32,000 nt of DNA from Candidatus Saccharimonadota bacterium (GTDB lineage Bacteria; Patescibacteriota; Gracilibacteria; BD1-5; UBA6164), in contig CP042461.1 of assembly GCA_004563595.2 (NCBI GenBank), positions 570,001 through 602,000 of the forward strand. Reading direction: 5' to 3'. Both the position numbers and the translations under genes were made by a program. The notes beneath the pieces are model-generated. The model was not told where the DNA came from, did no database searches, and saw only the letters and a list, made by a program, of their open reading frames with translations. The number at the start of each line of letters is the position of its first letter. Position 1 is the first letter of the stretch. Below are positions 10,798 through 19,345 of this stretch, one piece after another.

Positions 10798-12051
10798 ATG
10801 AATTCAAACATACGAAAAACAAAAAGAAATTTAACCATTGCTTTTTCTGTAATAATTTTCATTGTAATTTTTATATTAGGAGTTACTTTTTTTTCAGTTA
10901 AATATTTTAAAGAAGTGAGAGCAGAGAAAAATGAATTTTCTCATTTGATAAGGCAAGTTGAAAATTGAAAACTTAGCATTCATGATATTATGAATTTTGG
11001 TTCAGAGTATAGAGATGATTTTTTAGCCTGAAAAAGAAATAAAGAACATTTTAAAGTATCTTCTCCTGGTTTGAATTTTAGATCCAGAGGGTTTATGAAC
11101 TATCTTTATATAGATAGTAGTTCAATCATTATTTCAAGTAATATTAGAGATGAAATTGATTCCGATTTTATAATTTCTATTTATAAACATGATTCATATT
11201 TTAAATTACAACAAGAATCATGATTTTTAGTGAAAAAATTTATTGTAAATAAGAATGATGGAATATTTGTGATCGTAAAAAAAATAACCTATAGTATATC
11301 AGATTATATGAATGATGTTCTAGGATTCTTATTTATCAATCTATTATTTTCATTAATTCTTTATTTTATTGGCTTAAAATTTGTTAATAAATCATTTATC
11401 CCTGTAGAGGATAACTTAAAAGATATGAAAGATTTTATTCATAATGCGGGGCATGAGTTAAAAACACCTATATCGGTAATAGACTCAAATATTCAGTTAA
11501 TGGATGATATGAAAGTATATGATGCAAATATGACAAAAGAATTAAAACAAGAAGTGTTGAGGTTAAATTCTATAATAGAATGACTGATTAAACTGAGTAA
11601 CATTGATGTATTCAAAGATGTGGTAACGAATAATTTAAAGGATAGTATTGAATGAACTATAAAAGATTTTAAATTTAAAATATCAGATAAAAATTTAAAA
11701 ATTAAGATTGATATACCTGAATCTATAAACATTAATGCAAATAAGGATTACTTTTATATATTCATTTCAAATATTATTTGAAATGCTATTAAGTATAATA
11801 ATAGTAACGGACACATTGAGGTATCATATAAAAATTGAGAATTAATTATAGCAGACTCATGAATTTGAATAGATGAAAAAGATGTAGGAAAAATATTTGA
11901 TAGGTTTTTTAAATCTGATAGATCTAGAGAATCAGATGGATTTGGCATTTGATTATCTCTTGTAAAAAAAATATCAGAGATTTATAAATGGAATATAAAA
12001 GTTGATAGTAAAAAAAATAAATGAACTCGTTTTATAATTAAGTTGTGATAA
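10798..12051 (+). CDS. sensor histidine kinase, 417 aa
   Basis: The ATG lies 3 nt after the regulator stop. Two TM segments flank an extracytoplasmic domain of about 130 aa. H box HNAGHELKTPISVI, N box NIIGNAIKYN, G1 box DSGIGID, G2 box GFGIGLS (the G1 and G2 glycines are TGA). The track ORF 11230-11583 is in frame. Confidence 0.92.
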
Positions 12052-12170
12052 GAAATCTCTATCTTGCATATAAAATAGATTTTTTAAGCTTTATTTAAGG
12101 TTGGTAGATAAATTTACAATCATAGAGAAATGGATATATTAAATCTTATGTATAAATTAATATAAAATGG

Positions 12171-14132
12171 ATGAAAAATAAATCACTTATAGCTATTATA
12201 ATTATATTATTGTTACTCATATGAGCTTGAGCATTTTATTTGTACATGAGTATGACGCATAATATGTCTATGTGAGATATGGAGGATTGAAATAATGATG
12301 CAATGAGAGCGCATTGTCAGATGATGCCTGAGATGAAAGGCTGTGAAAAATATATAAATGAGGTAAAAAATGATCATCATATGTGAAGTATGGTATGAAT
12401 GCCGAGTTGAGAAACATTTGATGAAAGTATTGATGGACTTCCAGATGCAAAAAAATCAGAAATAATTATCTTAAAAGATGGAGATACATATGAGATGATT
12501 GCCAGTGCAGTAAAACAAGAGCTATGAAATAGAACAGTAAAAAGGCTTGCATATAATGGGATGATTCCATGACCACTCTTACAAGTGGAAAAATGAGAGA
12601 AAATTAATTTAAAACTCACTAATAATTTAGATGTTGATACAACACTTCACTCTCATTGATTAAGACTTGATGATTCAAAATTTGATGGATTACCAACTAC
12701 TATGCAATGAGAACAAGTTCCAATGAAAAAAGGAGATAGCTTTACTTATGAGCTTAATTTCCCAGATACATGAGTATTTTGGTATCATCCCCATATTAGG
12801 GAAGACTATACACAAGAGATGTGACTGTATGGGAATTTTTCTGTGGTCGAAGAATGATATTGGTCTACAGTTGATAGAGAAGAGTTTCTTATTCTAGATG
12901 ATTTTTGAGAAGATGACGTCTTTTATAAAGAAAAAGTGAACAAAACTCTCATGTGAAGATTTGGAAACATTATGTTAATTAATAATGATGAAGATTATAA
13001 ACTGAAGTTAAATACAGGAGAAATATCAAGACTGTATCTAACAAACGTAGCAAATACAAGAACTTTTGATTTTACTATTTCAAAAAATTGAGAAAATATT
13101 GATTTTAAACTTGTTTGAGGTGATATAGGTAGAATAGAAAAAGAAGTTATTATAGATCATCAAATAATATCTCCAGCTGAAAGGTATATTATAGAAACTG
13201 TTTTTAATGAACCTGGTACTTATGAAATAAAATCAAAAGATAGAAAACTAGGGGAGATTATAGTTACATGAGATGAAAGTAATACAAGTAATCTTTCTGA
13301 TCTTAGGAATAATTGATCTGACTATAGAGATATTAGAGATAGGTTTCAAGCATACTTAGATAAAAAAGCTGATAAAAAATTAGAGCTCACTATCTCAATG
13401 AACTGAATGAAAGATTGAATGATGATGTGAGATGAGGAGTGACATAATGATGATGGTATAGAATGGGAAGATGAAATGAGAGAGATGAATCTCATGAGTA
13501 GTGATCAAACTATGGAGTGGAAACTCTTAGACCCTGAAACCTGAAATGAAAATATGGATATACAATGGAATTTTAAAAAATGAGATTTTGTAAAAGTAGA
13601 AATATTTAATGATCCAAAATCTATGCATCCTATGCAACATCCAATTCATTTTCATGGGCAAAGATTTATTGTTTTAACGAGAGATGGGGTTGTGAATGAT
13701 AATCTTCAATGGAAAGATACTACACTGATTAGAAATTGAGAAAAAATAGAAATACTCATAGAAATGACAAATGTATGACTTTGGATGAGCCACTGTCATA
13801 TCGCAGAGCATTTACAATCTGGAATGATGATGAACTTTACAGTGGAGGAAAATCTATCAAATTCAGGTGATAATGATGGAACAATAATCACACTCAATGC
13901 AAAAAAATGGGAATTTGATACAAAAGAAATCAGAGTAAAAAAATGAGAAAAATTAACAATAAAAGTTAATAATACTGATATATTACATGGAATTGCTATA
14001 CCTGATATGATGATTATGTGAGACGATGAAATCGAAGTGGACACCTCCCAAACTTGAGAATTTTTATATAGATGTTATAATTACTGTGGAGAGGGGCATC
14101 AAGATATGATTGGAAAACTTATAATCGAATAA
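12171..14132 (+). CDS. multicopper oxidase (CueO/CopA-like) with Met/His-rich segments and a C-terminal CuA-like cupredoxin domain, 653 aa
   Basis: Copper ligand motifs HSHGL, WYHPH, HPIHFHG and HCHIAEHLQSGMMM. Met-rich N-terminus (MSMTHNMSMGDMEDG...MMPEM...HHMGSMVGM) and a Met-rich insert (MNGMKDGMMMGDEEGHND). The C-terminal ~95 aa carry LHGIAIP...CYNYCGEGHQDM. TAA at 14130-14132. Confidence 0.9.
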
Positions 14133-14146
14133 CTTAATATAACAAA

Positions 14147-14614
14147 ATGAAGAATAACAAACATATAAAGTTTATAAAAGAGTATGGGATATTATTACTG
14201 ATAATTATATGACCAATAGTGTGATTTATGACTTTACTGGCATTGAAAGGTGAAAGTTCAATCACTGCGAAACAAGTTCATTGGCATATGCCTATTGCTT
14301 ATGACTTGTGTGGTAATACTACTCAGTTAAAAGACAGTTGAAATCATGGAATTCTCCATTGACATGATGATGCAAAAATTCATATAGAATGAGTTATTGA
14401 TACTGCAAATAGGCAAGAGACACTTGGGTGATTCTTTGATTCTGCAAATATTGTATTTTCGGAGCTGCAAATTGCTTGATTTACTAATGGTGATGTATGT
14501 GAGTGATCTAATACTCCATGAAAACTAAGAGTAGAGATAAATGGAGAAGAAAATTTTGATTTTAGAAATTTTGTTCTAAGTGATACAGATGAGATCAAAA
14601 TAATTTTTAAATAG
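14147..14614 (+). CDS. membrane-anchored His-rich hypothetical protein, 155 aa
   Basis: ATG at 14147, TAG at 14612-14614, about 11 TGA. One N-terminal TM, then HWHMP...GNHGILHGHDDAKIHIEG and two Cys. Probably co-transcribed with the oxidase (14-nt gap). Confidence 0.7.
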
Positions 14615-14660
14615 TTAAAAGAATTAAAAAAATGTAAGAGATAGTTTTAGTTTCAAACTA

Positions 14661-14699
14661 AAAAGGAACTGTAAGTGTATACTTACAGTTCCTTTTTTT
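14661..14699. terminator. bidirectional rho-independent terminator
   Basis: 16-bp stem aaaaggaactgtaagt / acttacagttcctttt between convergent genes. Confidence 0.8.
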
Positions 14700-14708
14700 C
14701 CAACTTTT

Positions 14709-15002
14709 TTATCTTATAGAATGCTCTAACTTTGCTTTTGTACTAAACGTCGTTATGTATTGTATAGCTACTTGAACAGATGAATCAGGTATTTTTTTAT
14801 CTGATTTAAATAAAGTTAATACCATATCTGCTTTATTTTCTAATAATGTACAAATTTCGTGAAGAATATTATCTGTCAATTCACTGCTACGATAGAACTT
14901 GCCTTGGCGCAATAATCGGTTAGTTGTATGTATAATTAACAGGCTAATAAGGCGATTACCTTGAGTACCTGTTGAATCAATCAAGTTATGAACTGTTGGC
15001 AT
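14709..15002 (-). CDS. hypothetical protein, 97 aa (SD-led, TGA-free class)
   Basis: Intact standard ORF with a TAA stop. SD GGAGGA lies 3-4 nt before the ATG. An in-frame TAA lies upstream. All 3 Gly are GGN. Confidence 0.7.
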   Translation of the reverse strand: MPTVHNLIDSTGTQGNRLISLLIIHTTNRLLRQGKFYRSSELTDNILHEICTLLENKADMVLTLFKSDKKIPDSSVQVAIQYITTFSTKAKLEHSIR

Positions 15003-15080
15003 CTTTCCTCCAATGGAACTTTTAATGAACGTTTTTTAGAAACAAAAGTAGTATAATTAATAATAATATATGTCAATTTT

Positions 15081-15114
15081 TTATAAAAAGAAAAGCTCAG
15101 ATGATGTGAGCTTT
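15081..15114 (-). terminator. rho-independent terminator of 15139-15318
   Basis: aaagctca (15092-15099) / tgagcttt (15107-15114). T-rich on the minus strand after the stem. Confidence 0.55.
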
Positions 15115-15138
15115 AAATACTATTAATAGGGAAACATA

Positions 15139-15318
15139 TTAGTTTTTGTGATTCCTTACTATTAATGGTCCGAAAAAATTAACAAATATAACTGTGAATA
15201 CTCCTATAGAATGAATAAATGTAAGTGGAAAGCATACATATATGCCAACTGATACAAAAAGCGAAACTATAGATCTCAGTAAAAGCCTATCTATTGCAAA
15301 ACATATTATTTTTTGCAT
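15139..15318 (-). CDS. small two-TM hydrophobic protein, 59 aa
   Basis: MQKIICFAIDRLLLRSIVSLFVSVGIYVCFPLTFIHSIGVFTVIFVNFFGPLIVRNHKN. SD GGAG lies 8 nt before the ATG. TAA stop, no TGA. It falls below the 60-aa cut-off of the track. Confidence 0.45.
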   Translation of the reverse strand: MQKIICFAIDRLLLRSIVSLFVSVGIYVCFPLTFIHSIGVFTVIFVNFFGPLIVRNHKN

Positions 15319-15382
15319 AACAGAACTCCATTGTTGTTTTCGTATCTATAATACTACTATATTTTGATAATATATCAAGTAA

Positions 15383-15544
15383 TTATTTTAATTTATCATC
15401 TTTCATGAGTTTATTGATTTGCGATTGAATACCTTGAAGTTTTCTTTCTACTTGGGACTTTTGTTTTTTATTTGTAATTTTTTCTAATTTTTTATTTAAT
15501 AATTCATAAGATTTTTCTAATTGGTTTAAGTGGAGGTCTGACAT
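15383..15544 (-). CDS. small coiled-coil protein, 53 aa
   Basis: MSDLHLNQLEKSYELLNKKLEKITNKKQKSQVERKLQGIQSQINKLMKDDKLK. TAA stop, no TGA, no SD. Weak support. Confidence 0.3.
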   Translation of the reverse strand: MSDLHLNQLEKSYELLNKKLEKITNKKQKSQVERKLQGIQSQINKLMKDDKLK

Positions 15545-15609
15545 ATGTTTTTTTAATATAATAAATACTTTTATTATACTGATGAGACATTAACAGGACA
15601 TTAATATTT

Positions 15610-15651
15610 GAGAAAAAAGTACATTTTATTAAAATAATGTACTTTTTTCTC
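15610..15651 (-). terminator. rho-independent terminator of the NSS transporter gene (palindromic, could act both ways)
   Basis: 16-bp stem gagaaaaaagtacatt / aatgtacttttttctc. The transporter stop codon (15653-15655) abuts the stem. Confidence 0.75.
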
Positions 15652-15652
15652 A

Positions 15653-17155
15653 TTATTTTTTCTTTTTTTTCATAATTTCAGCTATATTGAATATAACTCA
15701 AAGTCAGAAGATGCTCACTAATGTATATATTCAATAAAATATAAGATAAGATTTATCATATCATTCATAGTTGAGGATTCAAGATTGAATATTGAGTACA
15801 AGTAACCAAGTGAGAATAAATATCGTTGCTACCCAACTAAACATGAGGTACCATTTATTGATAATAAACCTTAAACATGATTTATTATGTTTATCCACAT
15901 ACTTTCAGAGTGACTTCCATGCTATAAGAAGTATAATTGCCTCTGATAATCAGATAATTATCATTCAGAAGGCTGTGATATAATGATCTACAATATCTAA
16001 TACATATAATCAATTCCCAAATGTATAAAGGATACTAGATAGTCATATTATAGTAACTATTCATAATGTTATTACTTCTATTCTAAGCTTTTTAAACTTA
16101 TTTCTTAGGACCATTGCAACTGCTTCAACAAGTGACATAGCACTATCAATAGCGAGCATAAATATAGTAGAGAAAAATATGATAGCAAAGAGTGAATTAA
16201 ATGCGGGAAGCTTGTTTATAATTTCAGGAAATATTCCAAATATAAGTCATGGTCAACCTTTTACTACCTCACTTACATCTACTCAGTTTTTCATTGCAAG
16301 ATATCAAAGAGTTCCAAAGACTGCAATTGCAGATAAAAATGATATGAGGGTATTTCAAAGTACTACTATAAAGACTGATTTTACTATTTCTGATTTTTCT
16401 TTTTTGAGTGCTCAGTAAGCGTACATGATTCACATGGCAACTGAAAGAGTAAAGAATATTTGCCCTCATGCAGCAGACCAAGTACTGAGAGAGAAGAGTT
16501 TGTCATAATCTATGGTTGTTAGATATGAGAGGCCTTCTCCTGCCCCATCTAATGTAGCTCACCTTATTGCAAGTATTGTAAGACTGAGAAAGGGAAGTGT
16601 TGCTGTTACCATAATTACTTTTCATACTGATTTTACACTTTTAAATGTAAAGAAATAGAGAAGTATTATAGTTGAGAGTGTTCATATAAACACCGGTTTA
16701 GATATATTTCAGAGTGTTTGGACTCAATCTGTGAGTCAAAGAACATTATTATAAAAAAATCATGTTGTATCAGTTCACCAGGCAAAGCTTCATGTGAATA
16801 ACGATTGAATAGAGTAATACAGGTAGTCCATTCACCAACCAATAACAACTACATAGTAAGAAAGGATTCAAAAAGAAACAAATATGGCACTCCACCCAAC
16901 CCAGCTAAATGCTTTATTAATGGATCATAGTGCTCAAACCGCTCATTTTCTTGTTTGTTGTCAGAGAGCAATTTCTCATATCAAGAGTCAGAATCATACT
17001 ATAAAAAGCATTACAAGGTATGCGACTATGAACGCAGCTCCACCATTATCATATACTAAATATGGAAATTTCCACAAATTTCATAATCATGCAGCTGATC
17101 CAATAGCAGCTAGAATAAACACCCACTTGTTTTTCCATAATGCTTGCTTTTCCAT
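15653..17155 (-). CDS. neurotransmitter:sodium symporter (NSS/SNF, LeuT-like) family transporter, 500 aa
   Basis: The minus-strand ATG (cat at 17153-17155) gives MEKQALWKNKWVFILAAIGSAAGLGNLWKFPYLVYDNGGAAF, the NSS signature. TAA is tta at 15653-15655. TGA is so frequent that no standard ORF of 60 aa or more exists in this frame. The track shows only antisense and off-frame ORFs here. Confidence 0.9.
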
Positions 17156-17365
17156 ATTCCTTAAATTATGTAAATAAACCTTTATTTTATAATGATTTTT
17201 TGATAGATTACTAGTTTTTTCATGTACATACTTTCTAAAAAAAAATAGATTTAAGCTTATTTTAAGATTAGTTTGTATTTTTATAATAGTATATATAGTA
17301 AGTATACATGAGTGAATATAATAGATAAATGAATAAAATTTTATAATTTAATATGTTTGGTAGAG

Positions 17366-18241
17366 ATGAAAGATAATAATACAATCATGCAAGTTGGGAT
17401 ATCATTATTACTTGCTGTTATAACTATAATAGCTACATATATAATTGTTGATATAAAGACAAAAAATATTTCTGAGGAAGTTGTAAATCAAATGTTATTA
17501 GTAGAATATAAAAAAGTAGGTGGAAAAGTAAACTATGATAAAATCATAGAAATACAACAGAAGCAAGTTGAGGAATGATTAAAAGGGTATGATAATGGAT
17601 GAGCAGCTTGAACAGTAGATACAAATCAAGCAAATAACGTAGTTCCTTCTCCTTCTTGATCAACTCTTTCTATAGAGCAAGCAACAAAAATCACATCTGA
17701 GGGAACATATATATTATGAAATAAAGATGCTGAGATTAGTTTCATTGAATATTCAGATTTAGAATGTCCTTTTTGTAAAAAATTACATGAATCTGGTGTT
17801 ATTGAAGAATTACTTGAGAATTATGACGGAAAGGTTAATTTTATATTTAAGCAATTTCCACTTGATTTTCATGTCCAAGCGCAAATGGAAGCTGAAGCAA
17901 CACTCTGTGTCTGAGAAATAGCGTGAGAAGATAAATATTATGAATTTATAACAAAGGTATTTGATGGCTCTCAAGCAAACGGAAGAAGTTATACAAAAAA
18001 TACTATTTCTGAATTATGAGCAACAATTGGAATAGATAAAAGTAAACTTCTTAGTTGTATCGAGAGTGGAAAAATGAAGCAAAGAGCTCAAGATGAAATG
18101 GCAGAATGAGGAAGCGTTTTTGGTATTACATGAACACCATGAAATGTGTTAATAAATAATAAAACAGGGAAGTGGGATAAACTCCCATGAGCATATCCAT
18201 ATGCTAGTTTTAAAGCAAAAATAGATTCATTATTACAATAA
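17366..18241 (+). CDS. DsbA/BdbD-like thiol:disulfide oxidoreductase, membrane-anchored, 291 aa
   Basis: N-terminal TM, then the thioredoxin-fold motif YSDLECPFCKKLH and FGITGTPGNVLIN (cis-Pro loop). TAA at 18239-18241. The track ORF 17357-17578 is the in-frame N-terminus. The start could be TTG at 17357 or ATG at 17366. Confidence 0.88.
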
Positions 18242-18314
18242 TATGTATATATATCACAATATAATAAAAGTTTTAAAATCACCTCTATGAATAATAGGGG
18301 TCTTTTTTGGTGGA

Positions 18315-18704
18315 ATGACAATACTTCTCCCAAGTTTTTATTTTATTCAAAAAGATCTTATTATATGAAATTTAGGTCATAGCTTTTATATAATGGAGAT
18401 TGTTTTAACTATTGTAATAAGTATATTATTTTGATTATTTATTTGATCTACACTGTATAAAATTAAATATTTCCAAGTAAAAAAAACATGAGCAGGATTT
18501 ATTTGATGATTTTTTGGTGTATTGGTCTCATGATGTCCAGCTTGTAGTGTCACTCTTGCATCATATATATGACTTGCTTCAATTATATCAACCTTTCCTT
18601 ATTATGGAATGGAGTTAAAGTTTTTATCTGTATTTATGTTGATATACGCAAACTATGCTACTCTAAAGACTTTGGAGTTATGTAATATACAAGTAAAAGA
18701 TTAG
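18315..18704 (+). CDS. small three-TM membrane protein with an intramembrane CPAC motif, 129 aa
   Basis: The ORF runs from ATG at 18315 (alternative ATG at 18390) to TAG at 18702-18704, with about 9 TGA. Contains GFIGGFFGVLVSGCPACSVTLASYIGL. It lies directly downstream of the DsbA-like gene. Confidence 0.6.
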
Positions 18705-19168
18705 AAGTAAGATTCAAAATTTAGACAAAATAAAAGGGACTTGAAAGTCCCATTTTTTATGAAGGAAGAATAATATCAAGTAATCTTACCTGCAAGGCAA
18801 GATTCTATAGCTTTACTGAGGTCTCTTTTTCTTTCCTCTATATCAGTTGAGGAAAAGTTACCTGAAAAGACTTCATTCATATATTCAACTTCAAATCTAC
18901 AATTATCAAAGTATACAGCACTTAAGTAGTGTCCTTGATAATGAATAGTACATGTCGCAAAAAGTTTAAAATCTCTATCAGCTTGTGCGATACGTTTTAG
19001 ACTGTATGCGGGGTTATACTCATCTATATTTGTTTTTGTTATTTGTGAAATTTTTTCTAAAAAATACGAGTAAAAGTTTTCTTCCGAAAATTTTGCAAAT
19101 TCTATCTCTTCTAGAGAAAGACTTCCTTTATTACGAATTTTATTGAAACCTTTAATATCAGTTTTCAT
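18701..19168 (-). CDS. hypothetical protein (SD-led, TGA-free class); 130 aa if TGA at 18776-18778 stops, 154 aa if read as Gly
   Basis: ATG (cat at 19166-19168) is preceded by AGGAG, with an in-frame TAA just upstream. The standard-code ORF ends ...CLAGKIT-TGA at 18776-18778. Under code 25 it continues GYYSSFIKNGTFKSLLFCLNFESYF to TAA at 18701-18703. That extension runs through the terminator hairpin and into the convergent gene's stop codon. Confidence 0.75.
18732..18758. terminator. bidirectional rho-independent terminator
   Basis: gggact (18736-18741) / agtccc (18746-18751), with an A-tract before and a T-tract after. Lies between convergent genes. Confidence 0.7.
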
Positions 19169-19209
19169 AAATTACTCCTAAGCCGTAAATAAGACTATTT
19201 CACAAGAAT

Positions 19210-19237
19210 ATGATATATGAATTATATATGATGTCAA
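19210..19237 (-). promoter_or_regulatory. putative sigma70 promoter for 18776-19168
   Basis: On the minus strand: TTGACA (19237-19232), 16-nt spacer, TATCAT (19215-19210). Confidence 0.4.
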
Positions 19238-19306
19238 TAATTAAAATTACAAAACTTTCTGCTTGAAAAGGGGAGTTTCTTTTTGCATTATGCGCTTATA
19301 TCATTA

Positions 19307-19328
19307 TATATTGATATAAATCAATATA
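19307..19328. repeat. perfect 9-bp inverted repeat (possible operator) in a divergent intergenic region
   Basis: tatattgat-ataa-atcaatata. AT-rich, so chance occurrence is not negligible. Confidence 0.35.
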
Positions 19329-19345
19329 ATATAACATTATAGGTT

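Noticed and set aside
11493-14598. Minus-strand track ORFs inside the kinase, oxidase and His-rich genes (11493-11732, 11754-11948, 12268-12450, 12377-12619, 13796-14044, 14380-14598).
   Set aside because: All are antisense to plus-strand genes with clear kinase or multicopper-oxidase motifs.
15040-15076. Promoter for 14709-15002: TTGACA (15076-15071) plus TATACT.
   Set aside because: The spacer is only 15 nt by my count, and the 17-nt alternative gives a poor -10 element (TACTAC). It is plausible but too uncertain to list as a feature.
15792-17177. Track ORFs 15792-15983(+), 16179-16418(+), 16884-17177(+), 16269-16481(-) and 16666-16848(-) as genes.
   Set aside because: The plus-strand ORFs are antisense to the 500-aa NSS transporter ORF, and the minus-strand ORFs are off-frame to it. 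That ORF has a textbook family signature under table 25. The products of these track ORFs are low-complexity and motif-free.
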